DNA from: Gammaproteobacteria bacterium
Lineage (GTDB): Bacteria; Pseudomonadota; Gammaproteobacteria; Natronospirales; DASSBR01
Assembly (NCBI GenBank): GCA_035708085.1
Contig: DASSTE010000074.1
Span: 67,053 to 131,052, forward strand
Direction: 5' to 3'
Length of the DNA: 64,000 bases
In this document: positions 37,092 to 47,917 of the stretch, piece by piece
How the letters are laid out: every line of letters begins with the position of its first letter
Numbering within the stretch: position 1 is the first letter of the stretch
The notes under the pieces: model-generated
Databases searched by the model: none
Seen by the model: the letters and a program-made list of their open reading frames with translations, nothing else
Told to the model about the DNA's origin: nothing
Made by a program: the position numbers and the translations under genes

Positions 37092-37182
37092 GCTGAATTT
37101 CCTCGATTTGGCGACACGGCTGGTAAAAACCCTTTCAATTCTAAGTGGTTGCCCGGGGCTTGAAAAGGCGGATTAGCGCCGA

Positions 37183-37977
37183 TCACGGAATAATTACCTG
37201 CGTCTGGCCGATTCCCAGCTGCCCGAGGCGCTTCGTCAGAGCGTCGACGGCATTGACGGTCGGCAGTGGGCCGATGCGCACTCGGTACAGCCGTTTGCCG
37301 TTGGACATGGCCGGCCGGACCCGCACCGGCCCGACCGCGCCCAGCGTCAGCCGCGCCTTCATGCGCATGGCGTTGTCATGATCCGCGAAAGCGCCGACTT
37401 GAACATAAATTTGCGGTTTGGTCGGCAGCGACCCCGGCGCGGGCTCGGAGGCCGCGACCGCGTCCGGCGACGGTGGCTCGCCCACGCTGATCGCGCGCAC
37501 TTCGACCAGCGCCGTGCCTTTCTTCAGCATGCCGAGCTTGGCGGCGGCGGCGTAGGAGAGGTCGATGATGCGATTTTTATGGAACGGCCCGCGGTCGTTG
37601 ATCTTGACGACCACGCTCCTGTGGTTTTGGAGGTTGGTGACGCGCGCGTAGGTCGGCAGCGGCAGGACCTTGTTCGCAGCAGTCATCTTGTACATATCGT
37701 AGATTTCGCCGCTGGAGGTGCGCTTGCCGTCGAAATTGGGCCCGTACCAGGAGGCGATGCCGCGCTCGTCGTAGCCGACGCTCGAGTCCAGCACCTGGTA
37801 GCGCTTGCCGAAGACGACGTAGGAGTCGGGATTGCCGTACTGGCTGCGTTCGACCGGCTGCGGCACCGCGTCGGGCACCGATGCCGGATCGAAGTCCGGA
37901 CGCGGACCGAAGGAGCAGCCCGCCAGCAGCAGCGTCGCCAGTATCGCGACACATTGTGCGCGTCGTTCAGTCCCCAT
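37183..37977 (-). CDS. rlpA: septal ring lytic transglycosylase RlpA (lipoprotein, DPBB plus SPOR domains)
   Basis: The lipobox is LLLAGC. The DPBB block is GIASWYGPNFDGKRTSSGEIYDM. The C-terminal region is SPOR-like. Confidence 0.85.
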   Translation of the reverse strand: MGTERRAQCVAILATLLLAGCSFGPRPDFDPASVPDAVPQPVERSQYGNPDSYVVFGKRYQVLDSSVGYDERGIASWYGPNFDGKRTSSGEIYDMYKMTAANKVLPLPTYARVTNLQNHRSVVVKINDRGPFHKNRIIDLSYAAAAKLGMLKKGTALVEVRAISVGEPPSPDAVAASEPAPGSLPTKPQIYVQVGAFADHDNAMRMKARLTLGAVGPVRVRPAMSNGKRLYRVRIGPLPTVNAVDALTKRLGQLGIGQTQVIIP

Positions 37978-38962
37978 TCATCTTTTGCTTGATGGCATTG
38001 CTCAATTGATACACCGCCATCGCGTACAGCGGGCTGTGGTTGTAGGTCATGATCACGCCGAAATTGTGCAACGCGACCCAGTAACGCTTACCGTCATGTG
38101 TGTCCAGCGCGACCAATGTCACGTTGGCATCATCGGCAATCCTGTTGCTGAATTCGAAGCCGGCGTTGCGCAGCTTGGCGGCGGTCGTCGTATCCATCGA
38201 CTTGATGTCGCCTTCGGCCCCGGCCTTGAGCTTCGCCGGCACGACGATGCCGGCGCCGCGCTGCCAGCCGTTGTCCGCGAAATAGTTGGCGATGCTGCCG
38301 ATGATGTCGGCCCAGTCGTGCCACAGGTCGCTCTTGCCGTCGCCGTCGAAATCGACCGCGTAGTGCCGATAGCTGCTGGCGATGAACTGCGGCGCGCCCA
38401 TTGCGCCCGCATAGGAGCCGGTCATCGTGGCCGCGTCGAAATGCTGCGCCCGGCTCAGCAGCAGGTATTGCGCCAGTTCTTTGCGGAAAAAGTCGGCGCG
38501 CGGCGGGTAGTCGAAGCCGAGCGTGGCCAGCGCATCGATGACGGGATAAGCGCCCTTGTTGCCGCCGTAATAGCTTTCGACGCCGATAATCGCCGTTACG
38601 ATCGCAGGCGGCACGCCGTATACCTTTTCGGCGCGCGCGAGGGTTTCGGCGTGCGCGTGCTGAAAATCGACGCCGCCGGCCGTGCGCTTCGGCGTCAGGA
38701 AAATATTCCGATAGCGATACCACGGCAGCGACTCCGCCGGTCGGTTCATGGAATCGATAATCGATTGACGATAGCGCGCGCCGGCGAACAGTGAGTCGAG
38801 CTTCGTGCGGTCGAAGCCGTGCTGCGTAACCATCTTGTTGATGAACTTCTGCACGGCGGGCTTCGCGAGGTAGCCCTTCGATGCAGTGGCGGCAAAGGCG
38901 GCGCCGCAGGTGAAAATCAGGGAGAGGGCAATAACGGAACCGGAAAATTTCAGTAATTTCAT
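37967..38962 (-). CDS. mltB: lytic murein transglycosylase B
   Basis: Track ORF 37967..39475 trimmed to MKLLKFSGSVIALSLIFTCGAAFA. The start overlaps the rodA stop by 1 nt. IIGVESYYGGNKG and GAMGAPQFIASSY motifs are present. Confidence 0.8.
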   Translation of the reverse strand: MKLLKFSGSVIALSLIFTCGAAFAATASKGYLAKPAVQKFINKMVTQHGFDRTKLDSLFAGARYRQSIIDSMNRPAESLPWYRYRNIFLTPKRTAGGVDFQHAHAETLARAEKVYGVPPAIVTAIIGVESYYGGNKGAYPVIDALATLGFDYPPRADFFRKELAQYLLLSRAQHFDAATMTGSYAGAMGAPQFIASSYRHYAVDFDGDGKSDLWHDWADIIGSIANYFADNGWQRGAGIVVPAKLKAGAEGDIKSMDTTTAAKLRNAGFEFSNRIADDANVTLVALDTHDGKRYWVALHNFGVIMTYNHSPLYAMAVYQLSNAIKQKMNGD

Positions 38963-40101
38963 CAGGAAGGCATCAGTTTGCGGTGGGCGTTGACGCTCAT
39001 GAGGATACCGAAGCCACCCATCAGGGTCACCATCGAGGTGCCGCCGTAGCTGACCAGCGGCAACGGCACGCCGACCACGGGCAGAATGCCGCTGACCATG
39101 CCGGTATTCACGAACACGTAAACAAAAAACGTCAGGGTAATGCTGCCGGCGAGCAGGCGCGAGAACGTGTCTTGCGCGCGCACGGCGATGTACAGGCCGC
39201 GGCCGATCAAAAACGCATAGATCACCAGCAGGCCGGCCGCGCCCAGCAGGCCGAATTCCTCGCAGACGACGGCGAAAATGAAGTCGGTGGTCTGCTCGGG
39301 CAGGAAGTTGAGCTGCGCCTGGGTGCCATTCAGCCAGCCCTTGCCGAAGATGCCGCCGGAGCCGATCGCAATCTTCGACTGGATGATATGGTAGCCGGCG
39401 CCGAGCGGGTCGCGTTCCGGGTTCAGGAACGTCAGCAGCCGCTCGCGCTGGTAGGCGTGCAGGAAGAAAAACCACATGATCGGCGCGATCACGGCCGCGA
39501 GCGCCAGGAACAGCACGATCGTGCGCCAGCGCAGCCCGGCGAGAAACACGCCAAAGCAGCCCGCGGACAGCACCAGCAGCGCGGTGCCGAGGTCCGGTTC
39601 GCGGTAGATCAGCGCGACCGGCACCAGGATGAGCGCGAGGCTCGCGCCGAGCGTGGTCCAGCCGGGTGGCAGCGGCCGTGCGTGCAGGTACCAGGCGATC
39701 ATCATCGGCAGCGCGAGCTTCATGATTTCCGACGGCTCGAAACGGATGAAGCCGAGGTCAAGCCAGCGCCGCGCGCCCATGCCGATGTCGCCGAAATGCA
39801 GTACCGCAATCAGCAGTGCAACGCCGAACAGATACAGCCACGGTGCCCACAGCCGGTAAAACTCCGGCCGGATCTGTGCCGCGACCAGCAGCACGATGAA
39901 AGCCAGCCCGATGCGCACGCCCTGGCGCATCACCAGGTCGATGCTGGGACCGCTCGCGCTGTAGAGAATCGTGAGACCTGCGCCCGACAGCAGGACCAGG
40001 CCGGCGAGCAGCGGCAGGTCGAGTTTCAGCGCGCGCGCCAGCCACTGGCCCGGCGTGATCTGGGCGCTGTCGATCGTGTCGATATTGACGTTCAGGCTCA
40101 C
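38962..40101 (-). CDS. rodA: peptidoglycan glycosyltransferase RodA (SEDS family)
   Basis: Track ORF trimmed to GTG 40101, which overlaps the mrdA stop (GTGA). It is polytopic, with PLPLVSYGGTSM at the C-terminus. Confidence 0.85.
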   Translation of the reverse strand: MSLNVNIDTIDSAQITPGQWLARALKLDLPLLAGLVLLSGAGLTILYSASGPSIDLVMRQGVRIGLAFIVLLVAAQIRPEFYRLWAPWLYLFGVALLIAVLHFGDIGMGARRWLDLGFIRFEPSEIMKLALPMMIAWYLHARPLPPGWTTLGASLALILVPVALIYREPDLGTALLVLSAGCFGVFLAGLRWRTIVLFLALAAVIAPIMWFFFLHAYQRERLLTFLNPERDPLGAGYHIIQSKIAIGSGGIFGKGWLNGTQAQLNFLPEQTTDFIFAVVCEEFGLLGAAGLLVIYAFLIGRGLYIAVRAQDTFSRLLAGSITLTFFVYVFVNTGMVSGILPVVGVPLPLVSYGGTSMVTLMGGFGILMSVNAHRKLMPS

Positions 40102-41963
40102 TGCTTCGACTGCCCCTTGTGCTCGGCAAAATAAGCGTCCATTACCGCCCGCGCGATCGGCGACGCCGTCGAGCCGCCGTGGCCGCCATGCTCGACGATC
40201 ACCGCCACCGCAATCTGCGGGTGTTTGGCGGGCGCGAACGCGATGAACAGTGCATGATCCCATAACGACTTGGGAATCTTGCGCCCGTCCGCCAGCCGGT
40301 CATCGGGGTCGATGCTGTACACCTGCGCCGTGCCGGTCTTGCCGGCGATGGTGTAATCGAGATGGCCGGCGATGCGGTGGCCGGTGCCGTGGATGCTGTT
40401 GACGACATTGACCATGTCGCTGGCCATGACCGCCCAGTTGTGCGGATTGTGCAGCTTGACCGGCGGCAGCGGCTGCGGATCGGCCGGAATCACCGTACCC
40501 GTCAGCGGATTGCCGATTGCATGCAGCACCCGCGGCCGGAAACGCTTGCCGTGTTCGGCGAGGGTGGCGGTCGCCGCGGCGAGCTGCAGCGGCGTGACCA
40601 GCAGGTAGCCCTGGCCGATGCCGACGATGACCGTCTCGCCCGGGTACCAGACGTGGCCGGTCTGGTGCAGCTTCCAGGCCGGCGACGGGTTGATGCCGTC
40701 GAGTTCGCCGACCATGTCGACGCCGGTCGGCTGGCCGAAGCCGAACTTGGCGAGAAAATCGTGGATGCGCCCGATGCCGAGATCGACCGCGATCTGGTAG
40801 AAGTACACGTCGCATGAGACGGTGATCGCCTTGCGCAAGTCAACTTCGCCGTGGCCCCAGCGCTTCCAGCCGTGGTAGATGTGCGGGTCGTTCGGCAGCT
40901 TGAAGTGGCCCGGGCAATAAACTTGCCGCGACGGCGTAGCAACGCCGTAGTACAGCGCCGCGAGCCCCATGAACGGCTTGATCGTCGAACCCGGCGGGTA
41001 CTGACCGCGCAGCACGCGGTTGAACAGCGGCTGATGCGGATCGTTGCGCAGCGCCTGGTAGTCCTGCTGGCTGATGCCGCCGACGAACATGTTCGGGTCG
41101 TAACCGGGCTTGCTGACCATCGCCAGCAGCTCGCCGTCGTGCGGGTCGATCGCGACCACCGCGCCGCTGTGCGTGCCGAGCGACTCATACGCTATCTGTT
41201 GCAGGTGCGCGTCGATGCTGAGATAAAGGTCGCTGCCCGGCGTGGGCGGATCGGTATGGACAACCCGGATCACCCGCCCCTGCGCATTCACCTCGACCTG
41301 GCGCTCGCCGACCGACCCGTGCAGCAGATTTTCATAGGCCTTCTCGACGCCAATCTTGCCGATCTGCGAGGTGCCGCTGTACTGCGCCGGGTCGACGTGC
41401 TGTAAATCGCGCTTGCTGATCGAACCGACATACCCGGTGACGTGCGCGGCGATGGCGCCGAGCGGGTACTGGCGCTTGAGCTGCGCGCGAATATCGACGC
41501 CCGGAAAGCGCTGCCGGTTGATCGCGAACTCCGCCACTTCCTGCTGGCTCAGGTCACTGCGCAGCGTCACGGCCTGAAATGGCCGTTTGGTTTGCATCAG
41601 GTCGTGAAACTGCTGCAAATCCACCGGCCGCAGGTGGATGATCTTGCCCAGCGCCGCGAGTGTCTGCTTGAGATCCGGCACCTGTTCGGGCGTAACTGTC
41701 AGCGCGTAGGTCGGTACGTTGCGCGCCAGCAGCACGCCGTTGCGGTCGTAAATCAGCCCGCGCGTGGGCGCGACCGGCTCGATCCTGAGCCGGTTATTTT
41801 CCGACAGCGTGACGAAATGGTTGTGATGCGCGACCTGCAGCCAAGTGAGGCGCGCAATCACGCCCAGCAGCGCAATAGTGGCCAACAGCCCGCCGACGCT
41901 GGCACGCGCCATAAACTGGCGATACTCGGCCTCCTGGTTTTTTATGGGCGTCCAGGAGCGCAT
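40098..41963 (-). CDS. mrdA: penicillin-binding protein 2 (elongasome transpeptidase)
   Basis: Track ORF trimmed to MRSWTPIKNQEAEYRQF. SxxK appears as GSTIKP and KTG as GKTGTAQ. Confidence 0.85.
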   Translation of the reverse strand: MRSWTPIKNQEAEYRQFMARASVGGLLATIALLGVIARLTWLQVAHHNHFVTLSENNRLRIEPVAPTRGLIYDRNGVLLARNVPTYALTVTPEQVPDLKQTLAALGKIIHLRPVDLQQFHDLMQTKRPFQAVTLRSDLSQQEVAEFAINRQRFPGVDIRAQLKRQYPLGAIAAHVTGYVGSISKRDLQHVDPAQYSGTSQIGKIGVEKAYENLLHGSVGERQVEVNAQGRVIRVVHTDPPTPGSDLYLSIDAHLQQIAYESLGTHSGAVVAIDPHDGELLAMVSKPGYDPNMFVGGISQQDYQALRNDPHQPLFNRVLRGQYPPGSTIKPFMGLAALYYGVATPSRQVYCPGHFKLPNDPHIYHGWKRWGHGEVDLRKAITVSCDVYFYQIAVDLGIGRIHDFLAKFGFGQPTGVDMVGELDGINPSPAWKLHQTGHVWYPGETVIVGIGQGYLLVTPLQLAAATATLAEHGKRFRPRVLHAIGNPLTGTVIPADPQPLPPVKLHNPHNWAVMASDMVNVVNSIHGTGHRIAGHLDYTIAGKTGTAQVYSIDPDDRLADGRKIPKSLWDHALFIAFAPAKHPQIAVAVIVEHGGHGGSTASPIARAVMDAYFAEHKGQSKQ

Positions 41964-42448
41964 CAGCGCACCTGGTAGCGGCGTCGCAGGTGCCGCAGCA
42001 GGCTCATCAGCCACGGCCAGATCAACAGGCTCGTGACGACCGGCAGCCACCGCACCAGCGGCTGCGCCGGCAGCCCGACCGCGCCGTCAATCCACAGCAG
42101 CATGAACTGATACAGAACGATCATCAGCGCGACCGTCAGCGTCTGCTGCCAGAGCGGGAACACGCGCACCTGCAGGTGAATCTTGAGCACCAGGAAGGCA
42201 ATTACCGCCAGCGCGAGCGCGTGCTCGCCGAGCATCGTGCCGGAAAGCACGTCGAGCAACAGGCCGATGACCCAGGCGATGCCGATGCCGATGCGGTTGG
42301 GCAGCGCGAGACACCAATAGATCACCACCAGCACGACCCAGCGCGGCCAGAACGGAATCGCCGCCGTCGGCAGTTGCCAGATGCTGAGAATCAGTGCCAC
42401 CAGCAGCGTGACTACCACCACCCAGGTTGCATTGGAACGAGCGTTCAT
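41963..42448 (-). CDS. mreD: rod shape-determining protein MreD
   Basis: Track ORF trimmed to MNARSNATWVVVVTLLVALIL. The start overlaps the mreC stop (ATGA). It is a small polytopic protein in mreBCD order. Confidence 0.8.
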   Translation of the reverse strand: MNARSNATWVVVVTLLVALILSIWQLPTAAIPFWPRWVVLVVIYWCLALPNRIGIGIAWVIGLLLDVLSGTMLGEHALALAVIAFLVLKIHLQVRVFPLWQQTLTVALMIVLYQFMLLWIDGAVGLPAQPLVRWLPVVTSLLIWPWLMSLLRHLRRRYQVR

Positions 42449-43365
42449 GACGGCGATCTCTGCGCCGCGGCGGCCGCTACCGCGGTTTTGGCCGGCGGCT
42501 GCGTCTTCTTCGGCGGCCACAGCAGCAGCACCTGGTGGCTGCGGCTCAGCTCGGCGGCGGGTCGCGCCTCGATGTCGGCAAACGGCTCGCCGGGCTTCTG
42601 GACTACCTGCGTCACTGTGCCGACGGGATAACCGCGCGGAAACCGGCCGCCGAGGCCGGACGTCACCAGCACATCGCCGGTCTGCACGTCGGCGTTGTTC
42701 GGCAGGTAGGGCAAGTCGAGGCGGTTGGTATCGCCGGTGCCGAGCGCGATGGTGCGCAACCCGTTGCGGGCGATTTCAACCGGCAGCGCCGTATTCGGGT
42801 CGGTGATCAGCAGTGCGATCGACGACAGCGGCCCGACATGTGTGATCTGGCCCATGACGCCCTTGGCGCCGAGCAGCGGCTGGCCGATATAAACGCCGTC
42901 GCTCTTGCCCTTGTTGATCACGATCTGCTGGCGAAACGGGTCGAGATCGACGGCCATGATCTCGCCGATGCGGATCTTGCCGTGAATCCGGGCGGCGGCG
43001 TCCATCAAAGCACGAAGATGCGTATTTTCGCGCTCTAATGTCTGGAACTGCTGCAAACGCGCCCGTAACGTCAGTGCCTGACGCTCCAACTCGGCATTGC
43101 GCTTCAACAGCTTCTGACGGCTGCTGATGTCCTCCATCACCTCCTGGCCGACTTCATACGGGAAGGCCGCCACGGCGCGGAGCGGATAAACCGCCGCCGA
43201 CAGGCCGGTGCGAATCACCTCGAGGTTGTGGTACTGGTGATCGAGCGTCATCAGCACGATGGACAGGACGATAAAGAACAGGACTTTGGCGCCCGCCGCC
43301 GGCTTATAGGCGAACAGGCTGTAAGAGCGGCGGTGCTTGAAGTCGGGCAAGTTGTTACGGACCAA
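42445..43365 (-). CDS. mreC: rod shape-determining protein MreC
   Basis: 306 aa with an N-terminal TM segment, a coiled coil and VTSGLGGRFPRGYPVGTV. Confidence 0.85.
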   Translation of the reverse strand: MVRNNLPDFKHRRSYSLFAYKPAAGAKVLFFIVLSIVLMTLDHQYHNLEVIRTGLSAAVYPLRAVAAFPYEVGQEVMEDISSRQKLLKRNAELERQALTLRARLQQFQTLERENTHLRALMDAAARIHGKIRIGEIMAVDLDPFRQQIVINKGKSDGVYIGQPLLGAKGVMGQITHVGPLSSIALLITDPNTALPVEIARNGLRTIALGTGDTNRLDLPYLPNNADVQTGDVLVTSGLGGRFPRGYPVGTVTQVVQKPGEPFADIEARPAAELSRSHQVLLLWPPKKTQPPAKTAVAAAAAQRSPS

Positions 43366-43385
43366 AGAGCTTCGTGTTCTTACTT

Positions 43386-43417
43386 CCCCTCCGTCCGGGA
43401 GAGGGCCGGGGTACGGG
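43386..43417. repeat. REP-like motif CCCCTCCGTCCGGGAGAGGGCCGGGGTACGGG
   Basis: It belongs to the same GGGAGA(A/G)GGCCGGG family as 35862-35946 and lies in the mreC-mreB intergenic region. Confidence 0.4.
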
Positions 43418-43436
43418 TGCCGTCTCGCGGCCCCCT

Positions 43437-44606
<1,170 letters not shown>

Positions 44607-44638
44607 TTAGCCGCCGATCGTTCAGAACTAAGGGGAAA

Positions 44639-44713
44639 TGGTGGACGATGCTGGGATCGAACCAGCGACCCCTGCCGTGTGAAGGCAGTGCTCTACCGCT
44701 GAGCTAATCGTCC
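44639..44713 (-). tRNA. tRNA-Val (anticodon CAC)
   Basis: The reverse complement folds by hand as a cloverleaf. The acceptor stem is GGACGAT/ATCGTCC and the D arm is GCTC-AGCGGTA-GAGC. The anticodon arm is CTGCC-TTCACAC-GGCAG and the T arm is GCTGG-TTCGATC-CCAGC. CCA is encoded. Length is 75 nt. Confidence 0.9.
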
Positions 44714-44792
44714 GGTCGGGGGCGTAGATTTTAGAGGGGGCGGCCAACGGGGTCAATTGAAAACGCGAATGGCCGCACGGGATCCGCCGCGG

Positions 44793-45281
44793 TTACCGCT
44801 GCGATTTGGCGAGCAGGCGGTCGAGCTGGCCGGCAAATACCTGCCGATCCCGGTTATTCAGGCTCGGCGGCCCGCCGCTGACGGCGCCGGCGCCGCGCAG
44901 AGTCTCCATCAGATTGCGCATCGCCAGCCGCTCGCGGATGTTTGCATCGGTGTAGAGCTCGCCGCGCGGATTCAGTGCGGCGCCGCCTTGGGCGACGACG
45001 ACGGCGGCCAGCGGAATATCGGCGGTGATGACGAGATCGCCGCTCTCCATCAGGGCCACGATCCGGTTGTCCGCAACATCGAAACCGGCCGGCACCTGCA
45101 GCGTCTTGATGTACGCGGAGCGCGGCGTCCGCAGCGGTTGGTTGGCAACCAGCGTCACCTCGATGCGCGTGCGCGTTGCGGCGCGATACACAATCTCCTT
45201 TATCGGGTTGGGACAGGCGTCTGCATCGACCCAGATACGCAAACTACGCCGCTCCGTGCCCGAGGATGCACATCCGCTCAC
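44793..45281 (-). CDS. yaiI: YaiI/YqxD-family protein (UPF0178, DUF188)
   Basis: [15 protein letters not shown]...[12 protein letters not shown] is the family signature. The start overlaps the helicase stop by 4 nt. Confidence 0.7.
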   Translation of the reverse strand: MSGCASSGTERRSLRIWVDADACPNPIKEIVYRAATRTRIEVTLVANQPLRTPRSAYIKTLQVPAGFDVADNRIVALMESGDLVITADIPLAAVVVAQGGAALNPRGELYTDANIRERLAMRNLMETLRGAGAVSGGPPSLNNRDRQVFAGQLDRLLAKSQR

Positions 45282-47059
45282 GCTCCGCGTCTGCCGCCTT
45301 TCTTCGGCGGCGTCTTGCGCGGTGTTTTCCGCGTGGGCCGGCGCGGCGTGGGCGCCTCGTCATCGGCTCTGTTCGCGCGGCTGATGCGAAGCTGCTGATT
45401 GACGACCCACGCCTTCTTCAGCGTCTGGAACGTTTCCTTGGGCATACCTTTCGGCAGGTCCACCAGGCTGTGGTCGTCGCGAATGTCGATACGGCCGATA
45501 TACTCACTGTCCAGCCCCGCTTCGTTGGCGATTGCGCCCACGATATTGCCCGGCTTTACCCCGTGCGCGTAACCGACTTCGACCCGAAAAGTCTCCATAT
45601 CGGCATCGGCCGTCCGCGGCTTGCGGGCTGCCCGCTTTTCGCGCGGCGTCGGTTCGCGCTCGCCGCGCGGTGCGCGCTCCGCCGCGCCCGGCTGGAGCAG
45701 CAACGGCGTCTCCCCCTGCGCGAGGCTTGCCAGCGCGGCGGCGATATCGATCGCCGCGACTTCGTGCTCGCGCTCGTACTGCGCGACCAGCGTCTTGAAT
45801 GCGTCGAGATCGTTGCCGGCCAGCGTATCGCTGATGCGCTGTTTGAAACGCGCGATGCGCTGGTCGTTGACAGCTTCCACCGATGGCAACTCCATCGGCT
45901 CGATCGGCTGTCGCGTTGCGCGCTCGATGGTGCTCAGCATGCGACGCTCGCGCGGCGTGACGAACAGAATCGCTTCGCCGCTTCGGCCCGCGCGGCCGGT
46001 GCGGCCGATGCGATGCACATAGGACTCGGTGTCGTAGGGAATATCGTAGTTGATCACGTGGCTGACTCGCTCAACGTCGAGGCCGCGCGCGGCGACGTCG
46101 GTCGCAATCAGAATATCCAGCTTGCCGTCCTTGAGCCGCGCGACAGTACGCTCGCGCTGCGCCTGCGCTATGTCGCCGTTGAGCGCGGCGCACGCGAAGC
46201 CGCGCGCTTCCAGGCGCTCGGCAAGTTCCTCGGTGGATTGCTTGGTGCGCGCGAAGACCAGCATGGCATCGAACGGCTCGACTTCCAGCAGCCGCGTCAG
46301 CGCATCGAGCTTGTGCAGGCCGCTGACCAGCCAATAGCGCTGGCGGGTATTGGCGACAGTCGAGGTCCGGGTCTTGATCGTGATTTCCGCCGGCTCGCGC
46401 AGGTGCCGCTTCGCGATCCGGCGCACCGCCGCCGGCATGGTGGCGGAGAACAGCGCAACCTGGCGTGCCGGCGGCGTCTGTTCGAAGATCCACTCGACAT
46501 CGTCGATGAAGCCCATCCGCAGCATCTCGTCGGCCTCGTCCAGCACCAGCCACGCAAGTTCGTCGAGCTTGAGCGTGCCGCGCTTGACGTGATCCATGAC
46601 GCGGCCCGGGGTACCGACGACGACGTGCGCACCGCGGTGCAGGGCGGCCAACTGTGGCTGGTAGCTCTGACCGCCGTAAATCGGCAGCACGTGAAAGCGC
46701 TTGATGGCGGATGCATAGCGCTGAAACGCTTCCGCGACCTGAATCGCCAGTTCGCGCGTCGGCGCCAGTACCAGTGCCTGCGGCATTTTTTGCCTGATGT
46801 CCAGCCGCGACAGGATCGGCAGCGCGAACGCCGCCGTTTTGCCGGTGCCGGTCTGTGCCTGGCCGAGAACGTCCCGGCCGGCGAGTAGTGGCGGGATCGT
46901 CGCCGCCTGAATCGGCGAGGGCGATTCGTAGCCGACCTCATCGAGCGCACGCAGCAGCGGCGCGGACAGATTCATGTCCTTGAAACGGACGGCTGACGGA
47001 CTCTCGGGGGAGCGTGCGGAAGGCATGGCGGCACCTGGTGGAAAAGGCGCTTGCATCAC
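45278..47059 (-). CDS. deaD: DEAD-box ATP-dependent RNA helicase, DeaD/CsdA-like (C-terminal DbpA-type RNA-binding domain)
   Basis: [12 protein letters not shown] (VLDEADEML), SAT and [10 protein letters not shown] motifs are present. The C-terminal [26 protein letters not shown] block is also present. The start codon is uncertain (MMQAP or MPSARS). Confidence 0.8.
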   Translation of the reverse strand: MMQAPFPPGAAMPSARSPESPSAVRFKDMNLSAPLLRALDEVGYESPSPIQAATIPPLLAGRDVLGQAQTGTGKTAAFALPILSRLDIRQKMPQALVLAPTRELAIQVAEAFQRYASAIKRFHVLPIYGGQSYQPQLAALHRGAHVVVGTPGRVMDHVKRGTLKLDELAWLVLDEADEMLRMGFIDDVEWIFEQTPPARQVALFSATMPAAVRRIAKRHLREPAEITIKTRTSTVANTRQRYWLVSGLHKLDALTRLLEVEPFDAMLVFARTKQSTEELAERLEARGFACAALNGDIAQAQRERTVARLKDGKLDILIATDVAARGLDVERVSHVINYDIPYDTESYVHRIGRTGRAGRSGEAILFVTPRERRMLSTIERATRQPIEPMELPSVEAVNDQRIARFKQRISDTLAGNDLDAFKTLVAQYEREHEVAAIDIAAALASLAQGETPLLLQPGAAERAPRGEREPTPREKRAARKPRTADADMETFRVEVGYAHGVKPGNIVGAIANEAGLDSEYIGRIDIRDDHSLVDLPKGMPKETFQTLKKAWVVNQQLRISRANRADDEAPTPRRPTRKTPRKTPPKKGGRRGA

Positions 47060-47162
47060 GCCAGAAGCTGCGTTGGTCGACGCGTAACTATTTTAGCGGA
47101 AGAACGATGTTATAGATATAAATGCGGCAATGCCGCTGCTTCAAGCGCCCGATTCTGGCGCT

Positions 47163-47209
47163 CTCCATAAATGCTACTATGGAGCCGCAAGGAAATTTTC
47201 TGCATGGAG
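47163..47209 (+). promoter_or_regulatory. structured moaD leader with possible alternative pairing that sequesters the RBS
   Basis: CTCCATA (47163-47169) is complementary both to TATGGAG (47178-47184) and to CATGGAG (47203-47209). The latter contains the GGAG RBS 8 nt before the moaD ATG. Confidence 0.25.
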
Positions 47210-47217
47210 CGCAGTTT

Positions 47218-47469
47218 ATGTCCACCCTTAAACTCCAGTGTTGCGGCATGCTTGAAGAAGCCTGCGGCAGCTTCGAACGCGAGCTGAAAGTCTCCGGTTT
47301 TCCCATCCGTGTTCAGGAGGCGCTGACGCAATTCGCGGAGGCCAATCCGGCCGCGCGCGAATACCTTCCCTATGTTGCCTGCGCCGTCAGAGACGAGATT
47401 GTCGTACGCAACCACACGCTGAACGAGGGCGACACGCTGGTGCTGCTGCCGCCCGTCAGCGGGGGCTGA
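47218..47469 (+). CDS. moaD: molybdopterin synthase sulfur-carrier subunit
   Basis: Track ORF 47122..47469 trimmed to MSTLKLQ (GGAG RBS). It is 83 aa and ends in the diagnostic ...PPVSGG. Confidence 0.8.
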   Translation: MSTLKLQCCGMLEEACGSFERELKVSGFPIRVQEALTQFAEANPAAREYLPYVACAVRDEIVVRNHTLNEGDTLVLLPPVSGG

Positions 47470-47470
47470 C

Positions 47471-47917
47471 ATGCACGAACGGATTCGACGCGAGCCGTTG
47501 AGCCTGGACGCCCTATTGACGGTGACGCAATCGCCTGCAACAGGCGCGCTCACCATCTTTGCCGGCACCGTCCGCCGTCACAATGGCGGCCGGGAAGTTA
47601 CGGCGCTCGAGTATTCGGTGTACGAACCGCTGGCCGAGCGGCGGCTCGAAGAGATCGAACGGGAAGCCGAGCGACGCTTTGGCGTCACCTGTTGCCGCAT
47701 TCAGCATCGGGTCGGCCCGCTCGACATTGGCGATACCAGCGTAATGATCGTTGTGCGGGCGCCGCATCGTGCGGAAGCCTTCGCGGCGGCACGTTATGCG
47801 ATTGACACGGTCAAGCATACGGTACCCGTCTGGAAGCGCGAAACCTACGCCGACGGGACGCAAAGCTACGTCAAAGGCTGCCCATTACATGAAGACGAGG
47901 TGACGGAGCACGCATGA
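47471..47917 (+). CDS. moaE: molybdopterin synthase catalytic subunit
   Basis: 148 aa, immediately after moaD. The GALTIFAGTVR...VIVVRAPHRAEAF...VPVWKRE pattern is present. Confidence 0.8.
   Translation: MHERIRREPLSLDALLTVTQSPATGALTIFAGTVRRHNGGREVTALEYSVYEPLAERRLEEIEREAERRFGVTCCRIQHRVGPLDIGDTSVMIVVRAPHRAEAFAAARYAIDTVKHTVPVWKRETYADGTQSYVKGCPLHEDEVTEHA

Noticed and set aside
47111-47217. Naming the moaD leader as the known Moco riboswitch
   Set aside because: I cannot reproduce the Rfam consensus from memory well enough, and the leader is shorter than the E. coli moaA element as I recall it. It is reported only as a structured leader with alternative pairing.
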